DNA of 64,000 bases from Chthoniobacterales bacterium. Its GTDB lineage: Bacteria; Verrucomicrobiota; Verrucomicrobiia; Chthoniobacterales; UBA6821. The position numbers were made by a program, and so were the translations under genes. How positions within the stretch are numbered: position 1 is the stretch's first letter; every line of letters starts with the position of its first letter. Shown here one piece after another: positions 27,611 through 36,891 of this stretch. The stretch is from positions 7,709 through 71,708 of the forward strand of contig JBIIGI010000003.1 in assembly GCA_044236545.1 (NCBI GenBank), read 5' to 3'. The notes beneath the pieces were generated by a model. That model made no database searches. It was given only the letters and a program-made list of their open reading frames with translations, and was not told where the DNA came from.

Positions 27611-29053
27611 CTATCGCTGGAGCTGCTGGTCGAGGAGACGCACCAGATGTCGTGCCTTGGGATCTTCTTCCATCCGCTTTTTGACGAGTTTGCAGGCGTG
27701 GATCACGGTGCCGTGATCCTTGCCGCCGAAGGCGTCGCCGATCTCGATGAGGGTCGAGGGAGTCATTTCGCGGGATAGATACATGGCGATCTGCCGGGGG
27801 TAGGCGATGCTGGCCTGGCGACGTTTGCTGGTCATGTCGGCAAGGCGGATGTCGAAATGCTCGGCGACCTTCTTCTGGATCTGGTCGATGGTGACGGCCT
27901 TGCGTGCCTGTTCCTGGAGGACATCCCGGAGGAGGTGCTCCAAGGCGTCGTTGGTCAGGGGTTGCCCGCTGAGTGACTTGTAGGCCGCCACGCGCATCAG
28001 CGCCCCTTCGAGGCGGCGGATGTCGCTGCGGATCTTATCGGCGAGGAACTCGAGCACCCATTGCTCGATCTCGATGTGCATCCGGGAGGCCTTCCCCTGA
28101 AGGATGGCGATGCGGGTCTCCATGTCTGGGGGCTGGATCTCCGCGGTCATCCCCCATTCGAAGCGGGAGACGAGGCGTTGCTCCAGGTTGGCGATCTCGC
28201 TGGCGGGGCGGTCGCTGGAGAGGATGATCTGCTTGTGGCCGTCATGCAGGGCGCCAAAGGTATGGAAAAACTCCTCCTGGGAGCGTTCCTTGCCGGCGAA
28301 GAACTGGATGTCATCGATCATCAGGATGTCGGCCTGACGGTAGCGCTTGCGGAAGGCTACAAGGGCATTGTTCTGGATCGCGTCGATGAACTCATTGGTG
28401 AACTGCTCGCTGCGCAGGTAGACGACCCTGGCATTCTTCTTCACGGAGAGAATGTGATGCCCGATGGACTGCAGGAGGTGGGTCTTGCCCAGGCCGCTGC
28501 CGCCGTAAATGAAGAGGGGATTGTAGGTTCGCGCCGGGGAATTGGCGACCGCTTGGGAGGCGGCGTGGGCAAACTGGTTGTTCGCGCCGACAATGAAGCT
28601 ACCGAAGGTGTAGGAGGGGTTCATTCCCGCCGCGGTGGAGGAGGGAGGGGAGAGCCTTCCCCCTTTGTCGGCGGGAGTCTGTTCCGGTTTGCGGCGCTCT
28701 TCCGGGGATTCCGCCTCCCCGCCCTGCTCGCGGCAGTTCTCCGGGCAGTCCAAAAGGAGCGTGCAGGATTGGCCGAGGACCTCTTCCAGGGCCGAGGAGA
28801 GGAGGGCCGAATAGTTGCTCTCGATGAAGAACTGATGGATCGGGTTGGGCACCCCGAGGGTGACGCTATCCGGGCTGATGGAGAGGACGGCGACGCCGCT
28901 GAACCAGCGGTCAAAGCTGTCGGCGCTGACCCGGTTTCGGATCACGGAGGAGAGCCGGTCCCAGAGAAGGGCGTTCGGGTTGGTTTGGGCGGGCTCGTGT
29001 TCCTTCTTGAGTGAGGAATCGGTCTCGGTCGGGAATCGAAGGGAGGAATTCAA
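27611..29053 (-). CDS. dnaA: Chromosomal replication initiator DnaA
   Basis: AAA+ Walker A GGSGLGKTHLL, Walker B MIDDIQF, domain IV HTH (GGKDHGTVIHACKLV). Confidence 0.95.
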   Translation of the reverse strand: MNSSLRFPTETDSSLKKEHEPAQTNPNALLWDRLSSVIRNRVSADSFDRWFSGVAVLSISPDSVTLGVPNPIHQFFIESNYSALLSSALEEVLGQSCTLLLDCPENCREQGGEAESPEERRKPEQTPADKGGRLSPPSSTAAGMNPSYTFGSFIVGANNQFAHAASQAVANSPARTYNPLFIYGGSGLGKTHLLQSIGHHILSVKKNARVVYLRSEQFTNEFIDAIQNNALVAFRKRYRQADILMIDDIQFFAGKERSQEEFFHTFGALHDGHKQIILSSDRPASEIANLEQRLVSRFEWGMTAEIQPPDMETRIAILQGKASRMHIEIEQWVLEFLADKIRSDIRRLEGALMRVAAYKSLSGQPLTNDALEHLLRDVLQEQARKAVTIDQIQKKVAEHFDIRLADMTSKRRQASIAYPRQIAMYLSREMTPSTLIEIGDAFGGKDHGTVIHACKLVKKRMEEDPKARHLVRLLDQQLQR

Positions 29054-29137
29054 GGCGATGGAAAGTTTTAGGGGGAGGATCAGAATAGAAACCGCCGCTT
29101 TTCCCCCTCAAGAAGAAACGTCCCTCGCCGGCGTTTT

Positions 29138-30790
29138 TTATTTTCCGGAACGACCTGAAAACCCTTGACCCGGATTTTCATCAAGGGAGGGAGAGCCTCC
29201 TGTCCGGAATGGCACGGCAAGCAGGAGGGTGGCGCAGCAGCCGATGAGAACGTACCAAGGCCAGGCGATCACCGGCCACCATGCCGGCATCCAGTTGCCG
29301 AAATCAACGAGGCCCGGCAGGCGGACCTTACCCACGAAAAAGACGGCGAGCACACCGCCCGCCATGGCGACCACATTCATCCGGTCACATCCGCGCCGTG
29401 ACGAGAGCATCCCGAGCAGGAAGATCCCGAGCAGCGAGCCGTAGGTATAGCCGAGGATCCCGATGGCGATCGGGATGATGGTGAGGCGCGGATCATTGAG
29501 TACGGAATATGCGGCGAGTGTCCCGACGGCGACCATCAGCAGTCCGAAGACCAGCGTGGCTACGCGGGCCGCCCGCACCGCGGAGAGGTCATCCGATCCC
29601 GGATTGAGGTAAGGGAGGTAGAAGTCGGCGGTGAAACTGGTTGCCAGCGCATTGAGCGCGGCCGAAGTCGAGCCCATCATCGTGGCGAAGACTCCGGCGA
29701 TGATGAGTCCCCGCAGACCTGGGGGAATGTCGTGGACGATGAAATGGGCGAAGATCTCGTTGTCGGGGATTCCCGGAGCCCCCCCTCCCGGACCGGCATA
29801 ATAGAGGGCCAGCAGGATGCCGACACCGAGGAATGCCAAGGCGATGGGAATGTCGGCAAAGCCGCTCAGAATGAGGGAGAGACGCGATTTTTTGGGATCG
29901 GGGGCCGTCAGGAGACGTTGCACCATGTCCTGATCGGTTCCGTGGGTGGCCATCGTGAGAAAGGTGGAACCGATCAGCGCCGCAAAGATCGTGTAGGGTT
30001 CGGAAAGCATCTTTCCAAGCGCCTCCCCGAAGGGAAGGGATCCATTCCAGCCCCACTGGATCCAACGCAGATTCCCCCATCCGCCGAGCAAGGATCCCGC
30101 GGCCCCGATTCCGCCCAGCTGATGGAGCAGGAACCAGAGGACAAAGGCGACCGAGCCAAGCATCAGGGCCGCCTGGATCAGGTCGGTCCAGATCACCGCC
30201 TTGATTCCTCCGGCCATGGTGTAAGCGGTGGTCACGAGCGTCACGAAGAGGATGCCCCAGAAATAGTTTCCCAGGGTTACCGGGGCTTCCGGAAACAGGT
30301 AACGCCATAGCACCACGAGGATCACGCCGCCGAGGTAGAGGCGGACGCCGATCCCAAGGATGCGGGTGAAGAGGAAGATGCCGCTGGCGGCGTTTTTCGT
30401 GCGGGGCCCGAAGCGCACCATCAGGAACTCGTAGATGCTCTCGACGCCGTATTTGTAGTACGGCCCGATGAAGGTAAGGGCGATCAACACCCGCGCGAGC
30501 ACCGTGCCGATGGCCAGTTGGCCGTAGAAGAAGGCGCGAGTCTTGTATCCCTCGGCGGGGGTGCCGAGGAAGGTGGCTGCGCTGGTCTCCGCGGCGATGA
30601 TGGAGGCGAGCACCGCCCACCAGGGGATGGAGCGTCCACCCAGGGCGAACTCACGCAGCGTCGTGTTTCCTCGTCCGGCACGCAGGCCGATTCCGACGAT
30701 GAGCCCGAAGTAGAGAAGGATGACCGCGGCATCAATCCAGACCGTCGGGAGCAGTTCCCGGAGGCGGACCATGGAAATGCAGTCGGACAC
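29138..30790 (-). CDS. Sodium:solute symporter (SSF) family transporter
   Basis: 550 aa with about 13 hydrophobic segments. SSF-like N-terminal region (GRGNTTLREFALGGRSIPWW). Confidence 0.85.
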   Translation of the reverse strand: MSDCISMVRLRELLPTVWIDAAVILLYFGLIVGIGLRAGRGNTTLREFALGGRSIPWWAVLASIIAAETSAATFLGTPAEGYKTRAFFYGQLAIGTVLARVLIALTFIGPYYKYGVESIYEFLMVRFGPRTKNAASGIFLFTRILGIGVRLYLGGVILVVLWRYLFPEAPVTLGNYFWGILFVTLVTTAYTMAGGIKAVIWTDLIQAALMLGSVAFVLWFLLHQLGGIGAAGSLLGGWGNLRWIQWGWNGSLPFGEALGKMLSEPYTIFAALIGSTFLTMATHGTDQDMVQRLLTAPDPKKSRLSLILSGFADIPIALAFLGVGILLALYYAGPGGGAPGIPDNEIFAHFIVHDIPPGLRGLIIAGVFATMMGSTSAALNALATSFTADFYLPYLNPGSDDLSAVRAARVATLVFGLLMVAVGTLAAYSVLNDPRLTIIPIAIGILGYTYGSLLGIFLLGMLSSRRGCDRMNVVAMAGGVLAVFFVGKVRLPGLVDFGNWMPAWWPVIAWPWYVLIGCCATLLLAVPFRTGGSPSLDENPGQGFSGRSGK

Positions 30791-30803
30791 CGTGGCGTGG
30801 TGT

Positions 30804-32099
30804 TCAGGAACCCCGTGGGCGGAGTTCCTTCACGAGGATCCGGGAGTTCCGTCCGCTTCCCTCGTAGCGGGACCTCCTCTCTTCCGGGAGGACTGATGGA
30901 TCCGCCTCGGCATATCCGCCCTTCTGCTGGAGGTAGTTCACGGCGCGGGTCGAGAGGGCGTAGATCCGCCCGATTCCCTTTTCCCGGGCCAGGTTCTCCG
31001 CAAAGGCCATCAGCTTCCGTCCGAAGCCCTTGTTTTCGTGGCCCCTGCTGACGTAGAGGCAAGCCATCTCGGCAAGGGAATGATCCCTGTCGACATGGAG
31101 CGCGACGCAGGCGATCGGCGTCCGGTCGATCTCCAGAATCCAGTAATCCTCGATCCGTGCCAGGATGTCGGCCCGTGTCCGCCGCGCGATCTCCTCGTCC
31201 TCGACGGACTGCCGGATGAGCGCCATGACGGAACGGACATCCTTTTTGAAGATCCTCCGGATCTGCTGGTATTCGTTGGAATAGACCATCGTCCCCGAGC
31301 CCTCGTGGCTGAAGATCTCGGTGAGCAGCGCCTCGTTGACTCGACCGTCGAGAAGGTGGGCGCGAGGGACGCCGCCCCGGCAGGCCCGTGCCGCGCATTC
31401 GATCTTGGAGATCAGGCCTGCCGGGCCGCCGGTCGCCCGGAGCTTTTTGATCAGTTCCTCCGACTCGTCGATGGAAAGCTGCCGGGGGAGGGGATGGGTA
31501 CCGCCAACCACCTCGTCGGCACCAAGGAAGATGATCTTGGAGGCATGCAGTGCCTCGGCTACCTCGAGGGCGATTCCATCGGAGTTGACCCGGTAAGTGC
31601 GACCCTCCCCGTCGAAGCCGAGTGGAGGGATGACCGGAATGATCCCCTCCTTCAGGAGGAGTTCGAGCGCGTGGTTGTCGATCCGCTCGACCCGCCCGGT
31701 GAACAGTTGGTCGGTCCCGCCGAGAATGCCGGCGGGGTGGGCGATGATCGCGTTGGCGTAGGCGGCCCGGAGGTCGACTGCGGAGAGCCCCTCCATGATC
31801 CTGTTGGTGAGCCGGATTCCGGCGTCGATGGAAAGTTCGAGCGTGGCCTCGTCGGTGATTCCGGTCCCGTCGCTGTTGGTGATCTTCATGCCGCGCTTGC
31901 GGGCCAGTTCGGTGATCTGATGACTGGCGCCGTGCACCAGCACCACCCGAACGCTCAGCGAGCGCAGAACGGCGAGGTCGAGGAGTATGTTGGGAAAATT
32001 CTCCGAGGCGGCCGCCGCGCCATCCACGGCGATCACGAAGATCCGCTCCCGGAAGCGGGGGACATACTGGAGGATTTCCCTGAGGTCGGATACGTTCAC
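30804..32099 (-). CDS. argA: Amino-acid N-acetyltransferase (N-acetylglutamate synthase)
   Basis: N-terminal amino-acid-kinase fold (VIAVDGAA...VLVHGAS) followed by a C-terminal GNAT domain (RGHENKGFGRKLM). Confidence 0.85.
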   Translation of the reverse strand: MNVSDLREILQYVPRFRERIFVIAVDGAAAASENFPNILLDLAVLRSLSVRVVLVHGASHQITELARKRGMKITNSDGTGITDEATLELSIDAGIRLTNRIMEGLSAVDLRAAYANAIIAHPAGILGGTDQLFTGRVERIDNHALELLLKEGIIPVIPPLGFDGEGRTYRVNSDGIALEVAEALHASKIIFLGADEVVGGTHPLPRQLSIDESEELIKKLRATGGPAGLISKIECAARACRGGVPRAHLLDGRVNEALLTEIFSHEGSGTMVYSNEYQQIRRIFKKDVRSVMALIRQSVEDEEIARRTRADILARIEDYWILEIDRTPIACVALHVDRDHSLAEMACLYVSRGHENKGFGRKLMAFAENLAREKGIGRIYALSTRAVNYLQQKGGYAEADPSVLPEERRSRYEGSGRNSRILVKELRPRGS

Positions 32100-32146
32100 G
32101 TCAAAGTGCGATCGTGGCGCCGGTGCCCGCCGCGGCGCAATTCAAA

Positions 32147-33154
32147 TCATCCGTTTTCCGTGTGCGGGGCCGAGAGTTCCCTGGCGATCGCCGCGGCCAC
32201 TGCGTCGGATTCGGCAAGCGGGGCTAGCGCGCCCAGCGCCGTCACCTCGACGATGGAAAAGCGGTTCACCAGCGGCCTCAGGTCGGCGATGGCGGAGGAG
32301 GAGTCTTTTCCTGAACCTCCCGCCAGGAGCATCGTGACGGGGGATGAGAGATGGCGCAGACCCGTGCGGAGGCTTCTCCAGTAGGACTTGGAGGATTCTG
32401 CCAGGAAGGCGTGCTCTGCGCCGTACTGCTGGGCGGTCGAGGTGATGACCGAAAGGCACTCCTCGAGCCCGGCGGCCTCGTGGGTGAATCCCGAGCGCAG
32501 GAGCCATGCGCGGAGGAAGGAATCCGTCGCGAGTTGGTAGCGGTAGACCAGGCGGGCCATCCGCGGGAACCAGCCCAGCCTGTGCCATTCACGGGAGGGG
32601 TTGGCCTTTCCGAGCGCGACGTCCGGCATCCAGAGGATGAGCCGGGTCGTCTTCTCGGGGAAACGGGCGGCGAAGAGCAGGGCGATGTTGGCGGTGAGGC
32701 CGGAGGCCACGATCACGGCGGACTCGCCCGGCACCGTCTGGTCGAGGAATTCCGCCAGGGAGCGGACCTGTTCCTCGGCGGTGATTGCGGGAGAGGGCCT
32801 CTGCGATTCCCCGAAGCCGATCATGTCGGGGACGAGGACCCTCCACGAGTCCGCGAACCTGGGATAGATCTTCGACCACTCGAATGAGGAGGCTCCGGGG
32901 AAGACGCCGTGAAGGAAGAGGAGGGGCGGTCCCGGGAACTGGCTGTCGGCGGTGTGGTAGACGATCTCACCCGACGAAGTGTCGGCCACACGGGTCGCGA
33001 AGACGGCGGGGGAGATGGCGTCGGGGATGATCCCCCGCAGGGTTTTGCGCCAACCGTAGCGCATGGCAAGGGCCACGGCCCCGAGCAGTCCCGCCCCCAA
33101 TCCGACCCCGAGCGCCTTCCGGTGCCCCGTGATGTTCTGGGATTCCTCGCTCAT
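32147..33154 (-). CDS. Alpha/beta hydrolase with N-terminal membrane anchor
   Basis: HG oxyanion motif (LLFLHGVFPG) and an alpha/beta-fold layout. The nucleophile motif is not classical. Confidence 0.7.
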   Translation of the reverse strand: MSEESQNITGHRKALGVGLGAGLLGAVALAMRYGWRKTLRGIIPDAISPAVFATRVADTSSGEIVYHTADSQFPGPPLLFLHGVFPGASSFEWSKIYPRFADSWRVLVPDMIGFGESQRPSPAITAEEQVRSLAEFLDQTVPGESAVIVASGLTANIALLFAARFPEKTTRLILWMPDVALGKANPSREWHRLGWFPRMARLVYRYQLATDSFLRAWLLRSGFTHEAAGLEECLSVITSTAQQYGAEHAFLAESSKSYWRSLRTGLRHLSSPVTMLLAGGSGKDSSSAIADLRPLVNRFSIVEVTALGALAPLAESDAVAAAIARELSAPHTENG

Positions 33155-33172
33155 GCGGAGGGGAGTGTGATT

Positions 33173-34291
33173 CTATTCCCCCGGTTCGGGATTGAAGCGG
33201 ACAACGCCGCTTCCCTTGACGACGCCGCCTATGACACGGCCGCCGAGGGTCTTGGCAATCTTCTCACCTTCCTTGCCCGGAACGACGAGAACCATGCCGA
33301 TGCCCATGTTGAAGACCTGGTACATCTCCAGGGGATCGACGTTCCCCCCGCGCCCGATGATGCCGAAGATTGCAGGAACTTTCCAGGAGGTCGGGTCGAT
33401 CACCGCGTCGCAACCCTTGGGCAGGATGCGGGGAAGATTATCAATGAGTCCACCGCCGGTGATGTGGGCTGCCGCATGAAGCGGCTTGCCCTTCATGGCG
33501 TGGAGTTTCCTGAACGCGGGGAGATAGCTGCGATGGACCTTGAGGAGTTCGGCCCCGACGGTGGTGCCCAGACCCGCGGGACGGTCGGAGAGTTTCAGGC
33601 CGAGGAGGTCGAAGAGGACCTTGCGGGCGAGGGAATAGCCGTTGGTGTGGAGTCCGTTGGCTGGGAGTCCGACCAGAACATCCCCCGGCCGGACGCGACT
33701 GCCGTCGAGCAGGTCCTTGCGGTCGACGATGCCGGTGATGGATCCGGCGAGGTCGTATTCCCCTTCTCCGTAGAGGCCCGGCATCTGGGCAGTCTCGCCC
33801 CCGATGAGGGCGCACCCGGATTCTTTGCAGGCGCGGGAGAGGCCCGTGATGATCTCCTTGAGCACCCTCGGGTCGAGCTTCGCGGCGGCGATGTAGTCGA
33901 GGAAGAAGAGGGGCATGGCGCCGGTGACGGCGATGTCGTTGACGCAGTGGTTCACCAGATCCTCGCCGATCGTGTCATGCTTGTCGGTGGCAAAGGCGAT
34001 TTTCAGCTTGGTGCCGACGCCGTCGACGCTCGAGACAAGGACGGGGTCCTTGATTCCGCGCTTCTTGAAGTCGGGGCGGAAGAGGCCTCCGAAGCCGCCG
34101 ATGCCGCCCAGCACCTCGGCGCCGTGGGTCGGCCGGACAAGCGCGCCGATGCCGGACTTCACCCTGTTGCCGAGCGCCACATCGACGCCGGCCTTCGCAT
34201 AGGAACTCTTGGAACCCTTGGCGACGGATGGCGCGGCCGGTTTTCTGCTGGTGGCTTTCTTTTTGGGACTCTTCGTTTTCTTGGTGCTCAT
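33173..34291 (-). CDS. purM: Phosphoribosylformylglycinamidine cyclo-ligase (AIR synthetase)
   Basis: SYAKAGVDV..., DGVGTK and the PurM core. Carries a ~28-aa Lys-rich N-terminal extension. Confidence 0.9.
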   Translation of the reverse strand: MSTKKTKSPKKKATSRKPAAPSVAKGSKSSYAKAGVDVALGNRVKSGIGALVRPTHGAEVLGGIGGFGGLFRPDFKKRGIKDPVLVSSVDGVGTKLKIAFATDKHDTIGEDLVNHCVNDIAVTGAMPLFFLDYIAAAKLDPRVLKEIITGLSRACKESGCALIGGETAQMPGLYGEGEYDLAGSITGIVDRKDLLDGSRVRPGDVLVGLPANGLHTNGYSLARKVLFDLLGLKLSDRPAGLGTTVGAELLKVHRSYLPAFRKLHAMKGKPLHAAAHITGGGLIDNLPRILPKGCDAVIDPTSWKVPAIFGIIGRGGNVDPLEMYQVFNMGIGMVLVVPGKEGEKIAKTLGGRVIGGVVKGSGVVRFNPEPGE

Positions 34292-34328
34292 GAAATGAAA
34301 GCGGTGATGGGTGCCGGGAATTGCGGGA

Positions 34329-35840
34329 TCAGGATTTATGGGGGAAGAGCGGTGGTTGCGCGCTCTGGTCGGGAAGGAGTTGGGCGCTTCCCTTGCGGCG
34401 CTCCATGATCAGTTTGTCGAATGCGGCGTCGAAGGGGATCGGGTAATCGCCGTTGAAACAGGCCATGCAGAAGGAATTCTTCGCGAGGCCCGTGGCCCGA
34501 ACCATCCCGTCGACATCAAGGTAGCCGATGCTGTCGGCCCCGAGGTAGTCGCAGATCTCCTGATGGGTCTGCTGGTTGGCGATGAGCTTCTCGGGATCGG
34601 GGAAGTCGATTCCGTAGTAGCAGGCATGGCGGTGGGGAGGGCAACTGATGCGGAGATGGACCTCCTTGGCGCCCGCCTCGCGCAGGTTTACCACGCGCGC
34701 CTTGGCGGTTGTGCCGCGCACGACGGAGTCGTCGACGACCACGACGCGCTTTCCCTGAACCGACTCACCGATGAGGTTGAGCTTCACCCGGACGTTGAAG
34801 TCGCGGATGAGTTGGGTCGGTTGGATGAAGGTGCGGCCGATGTAGTGGTTGCGGACAAAGGCGGGGTCGTAGGGAATCCCCAGTTCCTCGGAGAAGCCGA
34901 GCGCCGCATAGATGCCGGAATCGGGAACGGGCACAACCACGTCGGCCTCGACGGGATGGAGTCGTGCCAATTCGCGGCCCATGTTGATCCGGGCTTTGCT
35001 GACGGTCACTCCCCGCAGACGACTGTCAGGGCGCGCGAAATAGACATACTCAAAGATGCAGAAGGCCTCGCGGGTTTCCGTGAACGGGAACTCGGAACGG
35101 ATCCCCTTGTCATTGATGATGACGACCTCACCCGGCTCGATGTCGCGGACGAAGGATGCGCCGATCAGGTCGAAGGCGCAGGTTTCGGAGGAGAGGACCC
35201 ATCCGTCATGAAGCTTGCCGAGGGATAGGGGGCGCAGACCGCTGGGATCGCGGAAGCCGATGATTTCGTTCTCAGCCATGACCACCACGGAGAAGGCGCC
35301 TTCGAGACGGCGCAGCGCGCCGATCGGTCCACCCATCGTTTCGTCGGGTTGGGCAAGGAGGTGGAGAATGATCTCGCTGTCGACCGTGGTCTGGAAGATC
35401 GAGCCGCGGGTCTCGAGTTCGTGGCGCAGGGAGGCGGCATTGACCAGGTTGCCGTTGTGGGCGACGGCAATCTGCCCGCGGGCTGTGTCGACGGAGAGCG
35501 GTTGCGAGTTGAGCAGGGTGCTCGAACCGGTGGTTGAGTAGCGCACGTGGCCGATGGCGCGGGTGCCGCGGATCGACTCCAGGTGTTCGGGATCAAAGAC
35601 CTGGGAAACCAGCCCCATCCCCTTGTGGAGGAGGAATGACTTTCCGTTGCCGCTGCTGGTCGCTATGCCGGCGCTCTCCTGGCCCCGGTGCTGCAGTGCA
35701 AAGAGACCGTAGTAGGTCAGAAGGGCTGCGTCGTCGTGGCCGTGCACGGCAAATACGCCGCATTCATGTTTGGGACGGTGGGATTCGGACAAGTGATGCG
35801 GGGCGTTGATGGATGCGGATTGAAAACAAGAAGCTTTCAT
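34329..35840 (-). CDS. purF: Amidophosphoribosyltransferase
   Basis: Ntn nucleophile context HECGVFAV, PRTase motif VVVVDDSVVRGTT, C-terminal Fe-S cysteines. Confidence 0.95.
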   Translation of the reverse strand: MKASCFQSASINAPHHLSESHRPKHECGVFAVHGHDDAALLTYYGLFALQHRGQESAGIATSSGNGKSFLLHKGMGLVSQVFDPEHLESIRGTRAIGHVRYSTTGSSTLLNSQPLSVDTARGQIAVAHNGNLVNAASLRHELETRGSIFQTTVDSEIILHLLAQPDETMGGPIGALRRLEGAFSVVVMAENEIIGFRDPSGLRPLSLGKLHDGWVLSSETCAFDLIGASFVRDIEPGEVVIINDKGIRSEFPFTETREAFCIFEYVYFARPDSRLRGVTVSKARINMGRELARLHPVEADVVVPVPDSGIYAALGFSEELGIPYDPAFVRNHYIGRTFIQPTQLIRDFNVRVKLNLIGESVQGKRVVVVDDSVVRGTTAKARVVNLREAGAKEVHLRISCPPHRHACYYGIDFPDPEKLIANQQTHQEICDYLGADSIGYLDVDGMVRATGLAKNSFCMACFNGDYPIPFDAAFDKLIMERRKGSAQLLPDQSAQPPLFPHKS

Positions 35841-36089
35841 CTTTTTCTCCTGTCATCAAACACGATTTGGAAAAAGACTGAGCGGGGCTTTTCCATCCCT
35901 CCGGAAAAAACCGATTGACCATGCCCCACTTTTGTCTTTCCCTTCACAACCTTTCCGATGGTTTCAAGAACTTCCTCCGGTCCCTCCGGCATCCCTTCCC
36001 TTCCGCGATCCCCGATCCTCTCCTCCCCTGATGCCGCTCTCGCCGGGGGACTGCAAAGCAGTCCGGTCGCTCGCCGCCCCTCCACCTGG

Positions 36090-36608
36090 ATGCGCTTCAA
36101 CTGGCAGACCGGCAACCTTTCCACCTTTGCCCTCATCCCCGCGACCGACCTGATCCGGCCCGCCACCCACGAGGAGGCCGAGCAGGTCCTCCAGGTGCTC
36201 CTGCTTTCGCTTGCGATGGACAGCGGTTGGAACGACTCGGTCACGAAGGTCGAGGAGTATCTCAAAAACTCGGTCAAGCGCCTCTTCAATGCCGACGAGC
36301 CCCTCTGCCTGGTCATCCCCAAGGGGAACAGGCTCATTGCCGCATCCCTTCTTGATCCGGATGCCGGGTCGCCCTGCCAGTTGGTGAGCGGTCCCTCCGT
36401 CCTGATGGAATACCGCAATCGCGGAATCGGTTCCCGTCTCCTTCACGAGTCGCTGCTCGCCCTCCGTGACCGTGGCCTCTCCTCGGTGTCCGGTTTTACC
36501 AAGCCCAACAGCGTGGCCGCCCGGCATGTCTACCCGAAGTTCGGCGGCATTGGGGAAACGTGCGAGTTTTCACTCGTGACGGCCCCCCAGCGGGAAGCAA
36601 AGTCTTGA
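36090..36608 (+). CDS. GNAT family N-acetyltransferase
   Basis: Acetyl-CoA motif YRNRGIGSRLL. Start chosen at ATG 36090; the track start 35958 adds a low-complexity Pro/Ser leader. Confidence 0.65.
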   Translation: MRFNWQTGNLSTFALIPATDLIRPATHEEAEQVLQVLLLSLAMDSGWNDSVTKVEEYLKNSVKRLFNADEPLCLVIPKGNRLIAASLLDPDAGSPCQLVSGPSVLMEYRNRGIGSRLLHESLLALRDRGLSSVSGFTKPNSVAARHVYPKFGGIGETCEFSLVTAPQREAKS

Positions 36609-36672
36609 ACCCTCCCATGGTTTTGGTCAGAGTGAGCAACTTGGAAATCCCCCGCTGAGAAAAATTTTCCAC

Positions 36673-36693
36673 TGCCTTGTGGTGTAACGGTAG
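36673..36693 (+). repeat. attL: 21-bp copy of the 5' end of tRNA-Gln
   Basis: tgccttgtggtgtaacggtag is identical to 45367-45387. The sequences diverge immediately on both sides. Confidence 0.75.
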
Positions 36694-36767
36694 GACTATT
36701 CTGGGTTGTTTGGGATGCGCTTCTACTCTGTTAGAGTGTTTTTTTCTTCGGTAGAATGAAAGAGGTG

Positions 36768-36785
36768 TGGGGAACTATGGGGAAC
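36768..36785 (+). promoter_or_regulatory. Two TGGGGAAC repeats 10 bp apart, inside attL (candidate integrase arm-type sites)
   Basis: tggggaac at 36768-36775 and 36778-36785. The related pair ttttggggaag/ttttggggaac lies inside attR at 45312-45333. Confidence 0.4.
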
Positions 36786-36833
36786 AAGTCCTATTGCCTT
36801 TGATACTAGGGGATTCAACATTGATGAGTCTGC

Positions 36834-36869
36834 CAAAACAAAATGGGTGCCCTTGGGGGCACCCATTTT
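36834..36869 (-). terminator. Rho-independent terminator downstream of the integrase gene
   Basis: Stem atgggtgccc / gggcacccat with loop ttgg. On the minus strand it is followed by ttttgttttgg. Confidence 0.65.
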
Positions 36870-36891
36870 GCACAACACACACATTTACAGT

